Of a stretch of DNA of 64,000 bases, positions 1-11,200 are shown piece by piece. Within the stretch, counting starts at the first letter, position 1. The number at the start of each line of letters is the position of its first letter. The notes beneath the pieces were generated by a model. The model did no database searches, was not told the origin of the DNA, and was given only the letters and a program-made list of their open reading frames with translations. The translations under genes were made by a program, and so were the position numbers. The stretch lies in the NCBI GenBank assembly GCA_964019425.1, contig OZ025804.1, positions 1,116,001-1,180,000 on the forward strand, read 5' to 3'. This DNA is from Flectonema sp. DT1601. Lineage: Eukaryota.

Positions 1-1554
1 TTATTATTATAAGCTATATCACTATCGTTGAGAATGAAGAAATTCGATGTCATTTTTTTTTTTTTAAAATTATTTTTCTTCCATTGTTTATATAATGAAA
101 AGGGGAAAAAAAAAAAGTTATAAGCTACTATATTGTTAAATAATCAATAATAAAAACAAAAACAAGAACAACACTTGACTTTACAAGTTAACACAAACCA
201 GCAGGTAAGAGAACCAATTTGGACTTTTTTTTTTTTTTTTTTTTTTTACCCCCCCTTCATACAAAAAAAAAAAAGGGTTATCCCCTTTCTTATTATGAAA
301 TCAATAAAAAGAATTCAACAGGCATTCGATACAAAAATTCGAAAAAAAAAAAGTACATAAAAAGCAAACCATAAAAATACTAACAAAAAAAAAAATTTTT
401 TTTTAAAAATTCCCCTCATCAAATAAAACAGGGAAGAGTAAACTACTTTCTTTTTTTTTTTTTTTTTTTTTTTTTATTTCCCCAAAAAATCCAACAAAAA
501 AAAAAACCAATAATTTGGTACTACTAGTTGTAATTAGCTATACCGACAGGAAAGAACCAACGAAGTCAAACAAAGCAAGTAATAGTAACGACACTTAAAG
601 AGAACCAGAGAGTAACTCTTTTAATGACCACCAGTACTGCGGTAGATGACCGGACCCCCCTCCCCCCAACGAGTAATAGATATCATTTCACAGTGGGATG
701 CAACTAATTCTTTTTTATCACAAAAAAAACACTAAAATATAAAAAAAAAGAAAATATTACAAGAAAATATTACATAAATGTGAGAAGGAATAGAAGGACA
801 TCGTGTATTAAGAAAAAGAATTAAGAAGAGAAAAAAAAAAGTTTAAAAATTCTGGGTCCAAATTTCAAAGAGCCAGAGCTATAATAATTAAAAAGAAAAC
901 ATCAGTAAGAAAGAAAAGGTCAATTTTTTATTTCATTTTTTTTTTATTTTATTTTATGCTTTCTATTCGAAAGCGTGAATCAATTCAGAATACCTGACTA
1001 GTAATCTGAAATGAGAATTACCCTAGAGAGCAGCTAATAACGATGTGTGACGACTCTCCCTTATATAATATGATCCCCAACCCTCCCCTCCCCTGACAGG
1101 ATTAAAAAACACGTCGTTCAAACACATCAGCTACTCTGAATAAAGTAACTTTTTTTGAGATCTACTGAGATTTTTTTTTTTTTAAAAAAAAAAAAATCAA
1201 ACAAATATAAAGAATCCAAAAATAGCAACAACTAAAAAGGGGGGAAGGTCTAAAAAAAAAAAATTGAAAAATTGAAAAACGAGCGCAAATATAAATTCAG
1301 GTTAGCTTAAATGGGATAGGATGCTACCGTTTTTTATGTTTTTTTTTTTTTTTGAAGGAAAAAAAAAAAAAAAAAAATAGTATCACTCAACCCAATTTGG
1401 AACACACAAATTAATTCCTTCAGAATATCCATTACAAGTCAGTGTGTCGAATTAGAGGCCGCATCCCTTATTAAAGGATAGTTCTTGAGTAATTAATATT
1501 TTGTTTGTTTTTTTTTTAAGAATCTTACAGACGCTAATAATAATAATAAATATT

Positions 1555-2247
1555 TCATTTTCTTTTTAAAATAGTAACATTGTCCGCAGTAGAATCTTTC
1601 AATTCGTGAATTCCGTGTGCGTAAACACAACTCGAGCCGTATGGACAGCTTCCCTTGTCTTCGAAAACTCTGCAAAGTTTTGTTCTAAAAAGTTTATTTT
1701 GATCTTTAGATTTCAAAGTCGACGATGCGGGCCCAAGTTCATGTTTTCCATGAGCATATAAACAGCTGGCTCCGTATGGACATCTTCCTTGTTCAGTAAA
1801 CTTAGAACACAGAACAGTCTTAAACTTCGAAGGTACTTTCATCTTTTCATTTTGATAAGAATTCGACTTCCTTTCACGAACAACATCACCAGCAATGGTA
1901 AAAGTACACTTCTCTGGTTCTGACTGACGAGTTGTCGATTTGGTTGTTTTTAAAATATCCACATACGACGTAGTTTCTTTTTTTGGAGTTCCACTCCCTG
2001 AATTGCAAGAAGGTGGTGGTGTCCTAGAAAGTGATGATCGACTGCTATTGCTGGGTACGGTGAAATTATCAACTTCGTAACTGTTACCCAATTCAATAAA
2101 ATAATCAGAACCAAACACCGTGTTAGTCTTGTCTAATCCCAACAACAATGGGGTGCAGCTCAAATTGTTACTTTCATCAACTGGAATCGTTGGTGTTGTT
2201 GTTTGATAGCAGTTTGCGAAACTAAGAAGAGGGCCGAGATCATCCAT
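1555..2247 (-). CDS. Tandem CCCH zinc-finger RNA-binding protein (TTP/ZFP36-like), 230 aa
   Basis: Two C-x8-C-x5-C-x3-H fingers, each with the (F/Y)(K/R)TxLC lead-in: KFKTVLCSKFTEQGRCPYGASCLYAHGKHEL and LFRTKLCRVFEDKGSCPYGSSCVYAHGIHEL. Confidence 0.9.
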   Translation of the reverse strand: MDDLGPLLSFANCYQTTTPTIPVDESNNLSCTPLLLGLDKTNTVFGSDYFIELGNSYEVDNFTVPSNSSRSSLSRTPPPSCNSGSGTPKKETTSYVDILKTTKSTTRQSEPEKCTFTIAGDVVRERKSNSYQNEKMKVPSKFKTVLCSKFTEQGRCPYGASCLYAHGKHELGPASSTLKSKDQNKLFRTKLCRVFEDKGSCPYGSSCVYAHGIHELKDSTADNVTILKRK

Positions 2248-3360
2248 GTTGTTGTTGTTGTTGTTTTTTAGTTTATTTGTGAAAAGGATATCGCTGTGTT
2301 GTTGTTGTTGTTGTTGTTGTTTTTAAATTTAAACAGTGCAATGCCAACTAAAACAGAAGAAAAGTAACTCAGCTGACTTCCATGTTAAGGTCCTCTGGTT
2401 TTTAACTGGTAGAAAAATAATGTAAAGCAAACAAGAGGAAGGAGTTTTTTTTTTTTTTTTTTTTCCCCGTGGTTCTCGTTAACCGACTTCGTTTAACAGG
2501 TGGCAGCATTTTACTAAAAAAAAAACCCTTTTGTAGTTGGATGTTGGAAATATTATTTTATTTTTATAAACAGAAAACATCACAAATTTGATTCTCAAAA
2601 ACCTGAGAGGAGGAGAAAAAAAGAAGAAAAAAAAACGACTTTGAGAAAACAAAAAAAAATATTTTTTTTAAAAAAAAGTACCTGAAGGGAAAAAAGCCTT
2701 GCAAAAAGCACAATGAAAATGTAATATAAAAAAAGAAGAATTTCAAGGTAAGAATAGAATTTTCTTTTTAAGGTTCCTTTTTTTTTTTTTTTTTTTTTGC
2801 CTTTTCTTTCTTTCTTCCTTCCTTCCCCAAAAATTCAGCAAAAAAATCGAAAAATCAGCACAACGATTCCGTACCATTTGTGGGGAATAAACCTTCTCGT
2901 TTTTTTTTTTTTTTTTTTAAATTATTCCAGCTGGCAACCCAAAAAAAAAAAAAAAAAAAGGCCACCATCTATGGGAGAACTATCATACCTGAAGTAATAT
3001 GCTGGTTGGATGGATAGAAGGAGGGGTGAGAAGTCAACGGTGATGTCAGTTTATTAATATCTTTGTGAGGCCTAGTAAATGGATGTTCCATGTTTGGAAA
3101 TATTTATATAAGGCAAAAAGAAAGGGGGGGAAAAAATCGGAAAGGGACATAATATAGTTTAATTAACCTAGAGAGTTAGAATAAAGGTTTATATCGACAA
3201 TCCCTGATGTTTGTTTATTTTGTTTTTTTTTTTATTACTTAAGGATAACAACATAAAAAAATAAAGACAAAAGGAGGCTCGTTCGTTTTTTTTTTTTTTC
3301 CCTCCCATCACTTTTAACACAAGAAGTCACCCGTGTCTTGAAAACAGTTACAAAAAAAAT

Positions 3361-3396
<36 letters not shown>

Positions 3397-3657
3397 AATT
3401 GAGATATGAGGTAAATCAAGTACTATGTGCGAAACAGTTTTTCTTTTTTTTTTTTTGTACCTATTTTTTTCAAGTTTGCTTGCCGCCTATTCCTTTATTA
3501 GGAATTTTAAACAAAAGTGTGAGCAAAAAAAAAGTAAAAAAAGAAAAGAACGAGAAAAAAAAAGGCTTTAATTCATCCATTATTCTTTTCTTTTTTTTCT
3601 TTTTCCCCCCCTCCATGATGTTGAATGTCGTTCTCAGCAAGTAGGACAAAAGGTATT

Positions 3658-3698
<41 letters not shown>

Positions 3699-3893
3699 GC
3701 AAACAAAAATGAACATCGGGTGTAACGCAACCCTTTTATATGAAGCTCAGTAAGACTTTTTGTAAGTAGGAAGTAAAATATAAAATATGTAATACTAATT
3801 GTGTTAATTGATAACCGAATCACAGCAAAAAAAAAAAAAAAAAAAAGAGTGAAGCAACAAGGAAAAAAAAAAAACGACTAAAAAAAAACCTGA

Positions 3894-5540
3894 CTAATTT
3901 CCGATAACATTAGGATTGGCTAATAGTGATCCCAACTTAGTTGAATCAGCCCCAAAGAACATCGTTGAGTTAGCCTTGTTTATTGCGGTACCAGTTTTTT
4001 CAATCTTTGCCAACTCAACAGCCACCTGTGATGTCGATATTAAGTCTGCCGCGTTCTTCGATCCACGAGCCAGTTCCTCGTCAGCGTTAGCTGCTGCTTT
4101 TGCTTCGATTTCTTTGCAGTCTGCTGCTGCTCTTGCATTAATCATAGCAGCTTCAGAGTCAGCTTGAGCCTTGATACGAATAGCCTTAGCGTTACCCTTC
4201 GCAGTAGTCTCAAGCTGTTGAGCTTCAGCAGCAGCAACTGCACCTTTAGCTAACTGTGTCATTAGCTTACTGTCAGCTGGTTTAGCTGATATGATATTAA
4301 TACTGATGATCTCAACTCCGTAACGCATGGCTACGTTGTTAGCATGAGCTACGCTATCTTTCATACGATCGATGTCGAAGAGTAGACCTCCGTCTCCTGC
4401 TGCTGATCGACTTGTCTCAACAGGAACACCAACAGCAGGTGTACATGTCGCCTGTTGAACTTGAGCAGTTGGACTAAACGTATCACTGTAGTTAACAGTT
4501 CCAATGAAAGATGAGAGTGACGCAGACGCCTGTTTCAAGACGTCGTTTCTCAGTTTTGTAATGTCTCCTAAATTACCTTGACGGTTAGCTCCCATGGTCT
4601 CTGCAGCATTCCTCGCTGCCATTTCAACATCAGCGATTCTCCAATTAACAGTGGCTGCGATAACCATCAACACATTATCTCCTGTGATTACTTCAATACT
4701 TTGAAGATCATCTGTTTGGACTTTTGTTGTCAGGAATTTTTCAAATTTATGATTTCTGTGAGTTAACAAGTGAACTGCTCCTCCGTCTTTAATCTCCTGC
4801 TTTCCGTTATTCTGTGTGACTGCTGCGTATCCTTCGTCTACAGTAAGGAGGGTGTACGGCCCAAGGTAGATGACCGGGTTATTTAAGTCAATCGTCTTTT
4901 CAAATTTCAAAGTCGTTGATTTCCACTGATGAAATCCTGGTGGCAGTAATACAGGTTGACCCTTATCCATGGCGAGACCAATGAATCCCTGGTCTACAAC
5001 TACAAGACACCAATCACCGTGGGTTAACACACCACTAGAGTATGAAAAACATTCGTTTTGAACTCTCATGAATGGTGACATGTGACAGTGAACACCTTCA
5101 CCAGCTAGCAGGTAGGATCCTTCTCCGTCTTCAACTGGACGTACGAATCCGACGGGGACTTCAAAACGTTTAACGCAGCATCCAACTAGACACGGTCCTC
5201 CGATTGGCGCTAATAACCACGAAAAGCATCCAACTGTTGCATTTGATTTCGCAGATGAATTCGCTTCAATCCAGTAGTTGGGTTCTCTCCTCGCTAATTC
5301 TTGAGAAAGGTTTAATGATTGATTGTGACCTAATCTATACTTAGTCTCTAACAGAGCTGGTTGACATGGTAATGCTTCAGCCCACAACTTCATCAGCGCT
5401 TCTGGAGACAACGACGCGTGAAGCTGTTGAAAGTCTGACCAAGTTACTAACATTCCTGTCGCAGGGTCATGACGAGGACGGAGGACTTCATAACTGGGAG
5501 AGTCTTCAAAGTGTGCGGCATCAGCATCAATTTGATTCAT
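3894..5540 (-). CDS. SPFH/Band 7 (stomatin/prohibitin-like) domain protein, 548 aa
   Basis: Intact ORF with LLPPGFH repeats, EVITGDNV..I.A.VNWRI.D, YGVEIISINIISAKP and an Ala/Glu-rich C-terminal coiled coil, all typical of SPFH proteins. Confidence 0.85.
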   Translation of the reverse strand: MNQIDADAAHFEDSPSYEVLRPRHDPATGMLVTWSDFQQLHASLSPEALMKLWAEALPCQPALLETKYRLGHNQSLNLSQELARREPNYWIEANSSAKSNATVGCFSWLLAPIGGPCLVGCCVKRFEVPVGFVRPVEDGEGSYLLAGEGVHCHMSPFMRVQNECFSYSSGVLTHGDWCLVVVDQGFIGLAMDKGQPVLLPPGFHQWKSTTLKFEKTIDLNNPVIYLGPYTLLTVDEGYAAVTQNNGKQEIKDGGAVHLLTHRNHKFEKFLTTKVQTDDLQSIEVITGDNVLMVIAATVNWRIADVEMAARNAAETMGANRQGNLGDITKLRNDVLKQASASLSSFIGTVNYSDTFSPTAQVQQATCTPAVGVPVETSRSAAGDGGLLFDIDRMKDSVAHANNVAMRYGVEIISINIISAKPADSKLMTQLAKGAVAAAEAQQLETTAKGNAKAIRIKAQADSEAAMINARAAADCKEIEAKAAANADEELARGSKNAADLISTSQVAVELAKIEKTGTAINKANSTMFFGADSTKLGSLLANPNVIGN

Positions 5541-5874
5541 TATTATTGGTGTTGTTGTTGTTGTGTTTGTGCCGTGTTGGTGTCGGTGGACTGGATTTAG
5601 AAAAAAAGAGGTAAATCGTAAATACTATTTTTTTTTTTTTTTGTTCAAAAAAAGAAAATGCAACAAAAAATCTTGTTATTCACTTGCTTTTATAATAGGT
5701 CAGCCAATTATCTAATTTTCTTGTGAGGAAAATAAATGTTATTTCATTACACCAAAAATCAATGAAAAAGAAAAAAAAAAAGAAAAAAAAACAACAAAAC
5801 AAAACTCCTAAAACAACTTAATAAGAAATAACCTATTATGGTGTATTGTCCTCATATTGGCTATTATTGTGTAT

Positions 5875-7407
5875 TTATGTGGTTTGTTTTGATTGGTTTT
5901 TAATAATCAACTCCGAGGGCATGTCCCATACTTTGGTTTTTGTTTTTGAATTTAAATAAAATATCCTACCTTCATATTCGTATTCCACCCAGTCGCTTCC
6001 TTCAAAGACTTGCTGTTGTTGTTTTTTCTTTGTTTTTGTTTTTGTTGGAAAACTCTTCACAGAAAAACACACATACTCTTTTCTGTGATCGTTTTTTCTC
6101 AGCGCAAGTTTGTACACTCACTGGGGTTTGCTGTGTCGATGAGGATAAGCAAGGTGGGACTGACCACTGCTTTGAACGGGTTTTCTTATTAACAAAATAA
6201 GGAACTCCAGAATCGTTTTCATACTTAGTCCAGTTCTCAGGTTTGTTTTCATCCCGGGTGACTACCTGACCTCCGAGAGGGAGTTTCCAGCGTTTGGTTT
6301 TAGTCTCACGTTGGTAATAAAACATTCCACCTCCATGAGTTGTTACTTCTTCCCAATATGTTATTGGAGACTCAACGTCTAAAAGGGTTTCATGAGAACA
6401 GTCTTTGGGTGGTTCTGAAATCCGAGAATCGTCAGCAACGATATCCAACTTGTCTTCAATTCTATCATCGGGTGGTTCTGTTTTTAGAAAGTCGTCGCAA
6501 ATAACATCCTCGACTTTGATATCGGCATCCCTTTCAACTAGTTGAGTAGTTGATTGAAGTGGTTCCTCCTCCTCCTCCTCTTCCTGTTGCTGCTCATCTT
6601 TCACATCCACAACTTGGGAATTCGATTGAAATAACTTCTCTTCTTCCTCAGCTGTCGTTTCTCTTTGATCTTTTTGTACTTTCTGTAATGTCTTTAACTC
6701 TTCTCTGAGACTTGTTATTCTGGTTTTGATTTAATATATAAAAACTTGATATGATGTTTTATTATGAAGTTAAAACAACAACAACAACACATACTCCGTC
6801 CACATTGCGAGGCTATCTTTTTGTGACTGTTGGGTGTGTCGTATAAAAGCTTCTTTCATCGACTTCAACTCAGAAGTACATAACGATAAGGCATTTTGAT
6901 AATCAACATTGTCAGGACCACTTTCATTTGGTGTGGTAGACTGTTGCCCAGAAAGATTTTTTCCAGACAAGAATTCTTGTTGTCTACAATGCAAAGACTC
7001 AAGGTGGTGTCTTAATTTATACTTTTCAGATTCGACATGATGAGCCCTGAGCAACGCAGCTCTCGTTTCTCTGTTATTTTTTTATTTAAATACACAGAGA
7101 TCATGTATACATGAAATGATTATTTTTTTTTTTTTTTTTTTTTTTTTTTCTTGTCTCGCAGTATATACGAACAGGTAAAGTAGCTTCAGGTGTACCGTCC
7201 GTCACCTCGGAGACGATTTTGCATGAAAAAAATGTAAAAAATCAAAATCGAAAACAAGACATACAGATGTAGTGCCCCCATTTCAGAATTGGAGATGACA
7301 GACCCGGTTTCATTCATCAACCCGTCAAACAGGAATGTCCCACTTAGAGAATCTGGTGACAGGGTTCGTCTTCCGGCTCTCAACGAACTGCACAAATCGG
7401 TTTCCAT
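5875..7407 (-). CDS. Four-exon coiled-coil protein with three WW domains
   Basis: Exons ~7407-7265, 7070-6795, 6719-6077 and 6012-5875 join in frame through GTATGT..AG introns. WW motifs: WEEVTTHGGGMFYYQRETKTKRWKLP, WTKYENDSGVPYFVNKKTRSKQWSVP, WVEYEYEGRIFYLNSKTKTKVWDMP. Confidence 0.8.
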
Positions 7408-8294
7408 TATTTGCTTACAGATAACCCTTAAATAGATTTCATGTTATTTTTTTTTTTTTTGTTATGTAGTTGGCTTGAAGCAGAATGAAATGAAATAAAT
7501 AAAAGAAATGCGTGTGTGTGTTTTTTTTTTTTTTTTTTTTTTTTTTTGTTCAAACTTCTTATAACCCACATTTTAGAGAAGAAAAAAAAAAGGATAAATC
7601 AATGAAAAGAGGGGGTTAAAAAAAAAAAAAAAACCGTAGAAACAGTTGTATTGCTTCATATATGAGCCATATTTTAAATTAACTTTTTTTCATTGTTATT
7701 ATTTCTTTTTTTTTTTTTTTTTTTTTTTAAAAGTTTCTACAATATTTTTTTATTTTACTAATCTAAGAAAAGCTATGATGATGTAGCCTTTCATTTGTGT
7801 GTTGTTTGTTTGTTTTGTTTATTATTATTTTTTTTTTTTTTTCCAACACCCCCATCGTTTCGATTTTGTTTTTTTTTGTTTTTTTTGACACAAAACAATA
7901 ATACGGGGAAAAAAAAAAGAAAAAAAAGTTGTTTTTTTTTTTTTTTTTTTTTTTCTATAATTGATGGAAGGACCCAAAAAAAAAAAAAAAAGGATGGGAA
8001 ATTATTAAAAGTGAAATCAAAGTTGTCAAAACATAAAACGATTTAATATCCGTTAAGATACAACGACCACGGTGTAGAAACAAATTCAGGGAGGGACCAG
8101 TACAAACATTACTACATTAAAAACGTCTTTTTTTAGGATGATTGGAAGGGAAGAATTATTTAGCATTATTTTTTTTTTAAATTATTAATAAAAATTTACG
8201 TATTTTAAAAAAAAAAAAAAAAATTGCTGAAAACGCCGCTTACATTTCCAACAGCGGAGGGTAGACAAGAATTAACTTTTTACAGGTTGAGATG

Positions 8295-11200
8295 TCACAA
8301 CCATTTTCTTGACTTCGGTCCAGCAGATGAGTCTCTTGGAGTCACCAAAAGTCTTTTCGGTGCTGAACTACCAATTCGAACTACAGTTCCAGGACTTCTA
8401 GTTCGTATTCCTTTGTTCTTATTGTTTGACAGGTTCGATACATTTCCATCTTTTTTAAGTAGCGGTGAGGAGGTGCGTCTAGCGACGAGAGGAGAAGGCG
8501 ACGGAGATCCTCCAGGTCGCCATGCAGGACGAGGACAACCAACTGATGTATTGCTACGAGTTGAATTAGAACGACCCAACTGACGATCAACAGAAACTGT
8601 CCTCCCGACACGAACTGCTGGAGAGACAGAGATGCGAGAGCGTTGTGGACAATCACGAGAAGTGCTTCGTGTGGCTACCTTTCTGATTTCAACGCTAGGA
8701 TTTCTAACTCTTCCGACTCTCCCTTTCCCTGACCCAGTTGTTGGAGTACTTTGAGAAGATGAAGGTGTTAAGGTTCCTTTTATCCTTTCTCGATCTTTTC
8801 GTCTTCGTTCTGCACTCGGCATCCTCTTAACCATGTGATCTCTATCTCGTATGTGAGACTTTCTTAACTCTTGTAGTCTTGTTTTACTATCTCTTTTAAC
8901 TTGTTTTAAATTACCCGATCCTTTCCCCGCTGGGAATGTAGTAACTGTCGCTGGTCCCTGATAACTATTAAGCCTGTTAAAGTAATCAGGGTACAGACTA
9001 CTGTTAGAAGTTCCAACACCACTTCGAATTGATTGACCAGGAACACCACTACGACGTGTTGATGAGGATGTATTTTGATGTTGAATATCACTGTAGCGAA
9101 TAGGAACTCGATGACCTGATTGGTGACTCTGAACAGATGATGATGATGCTGCAGATGATTGGTGTCCACCTCCCATTCCAACTTCACGTCTTCCTTCTAA
9201 AGAGTGCATGAACTCTAAGAATAATGGATACAAATCACCTTGAGAACCTCCTGACGGAGTTGGACTTTGAGGAGAAGTCGGAACTTGAAAAACTTGTTGT
9301 TGCTTAGCCACAACTGGCTGATGTAAAGTAACTTTTTCTCTCTCTCTAATTCCACTCTTTCTGTCATTTCTTTCAAGCTGTTGTAAATCCAAAGGGTTCT
9401 CTCCAATTAGTTTACTCATGACGGGTATTGTTGACCTTCCTTGAGAACTTCCTGATTGAATTCCAACTGGTTCCTTCTTTTTTATGATTTTTCGATTTCC
9501 ATGAGGCTGTACTTTCTGAGGCGATCGCGAAGTTGTTGAGTTTGAAGTTGACGACGACGAGGCCATTCTGTTTTTAGGATGTGAAACCTTGACAACCTTA
9601 ACAACCTTTAGCACATTAATATCAAGTATTTGACCATCTTGTTTTTGAGAGGAAAAAAAAAAGGAAATGTAAACGGCACAAACCTTCCTTCCAACCGAGA
9701 CAGTCGTTCCTTAACCTCCTTGACACGAGCTCCTACAATTGCTTTAGATTCTTTTTGTTGTTCAGACAGCTGAGGTTCGGGCTCAGGGTCCCGATCAGGT
9801 ATCACAGGAGACGGTGAAGGTGGTGACTCGGGAGCGTCGTTCACAATGCGATCTGTAATAACTTCACTGTCGATATCTGGTCTGAGTTGATGAGGTGACT
9901 GTTTGATTTGTTTTTAATACACCTCCGCCACAAATTGTAAGTATAGTAGGCTGGGTCTTGAGACGGCTGTTTTCCCTCTTCAAGAAGTGTGAGCAGCTGA
10001 GGTGGGATCATTGAAGTAGTATGACAACAGAACTGTTGCTGGATTAGCTACTAAAGACATTCCAAGTGAAGGAGTATGATTACAAGTATGATCATAAAAT
10101 AACGCATCAGAACAAACTCGATTTAGACATCTCGTCGTTGATGCTGTTGGCTTCTGAATCCAATTAGCACTACAAGTGTGTACAGTAGCACAAATTGCTT
10201 CACAGCATTGAGCGTCTTGACAAGTTCCTCCAGTACACCTCGTTGCTGCATTTCCAGCAAGTAGAGTTAACGCACCTCCACAAGTATGAGAAGAACAAGT
10301 GATGTCACAACATAATGCGTCAGTGCGAGTAATCGGCGCAGTTAGCGAACATGCCAGACCACCAGCGTTAACTTTTAACAGAAAGTTCGCAGAACAAGTC
10401 CACAGGAAAGTGTTGTCTTTCTCTTTCACCACCACAGCAGAATAATAATACCCGGCAGTTTATAGGCGCAAACATTAATGGGAAAGATACAGACATTCAG
10501 GAGAAAGCCTTTTCTCGCATGTTTAAAACAAATAAAATCAAAACAACAATACCTTTGCGACGGGAGGATCTGGAGGCCGAGATACGTCATGTTCGGCTGC
10601 TGTTATCTCATCTTCGTAAATATCTATTTTTTTTTTGATGTTTTTTTTTTTTCCCCTTTTTTTCAATTAGCTATGACATACTGCTGGTTCGTTCTGCCGC
10701 ATCAACCACTTCCAAACTGGCTACCATTTTTTCATACTCAGAGAGATGGTTGACTGGTTCAGTGTCGACAGGTGAGTTACAAGAATCGATTGTTTTTACT
10801 GTTCCACCGAACTCAGGCCAGTGCATTGAGACTTCTGAAAGTGGTTCTTCATCTAATTCTGGACTCGCCTGTCGTTGTATTGGTGAAACCTGAATATTGT
10901 CACCAGATACCTGAACGTCCATTAATTTCATTTCCAACGACTTCAAATAATTTTCACGTTCTTTAACTTTTCTCTCTCTCTCCACCAGATCAGCCATTCT
11001 GACATCTATTTCAGTCGGTTCAGTTTTTGATAAAAACTTTTTATTATCAACCGAAGGAGTGTCATCGTTAGCTTCTGACTGACTACTGACATCACTCACA
11101 CTCAGTGGGGACATACTGATTGATTGATTGGTTAGTTAGTTGGGTTGGTTGGTTTATTACTATTATGTTGTATTCCCCCAAAAGATAAATAGAAACAAGA

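Noticed and set aside
175..3823. Poly-Phe/poly-Lys ORFs here and in other intergenic tracts
   Set aside because: Artefacts of poly-T and poly-A runs.
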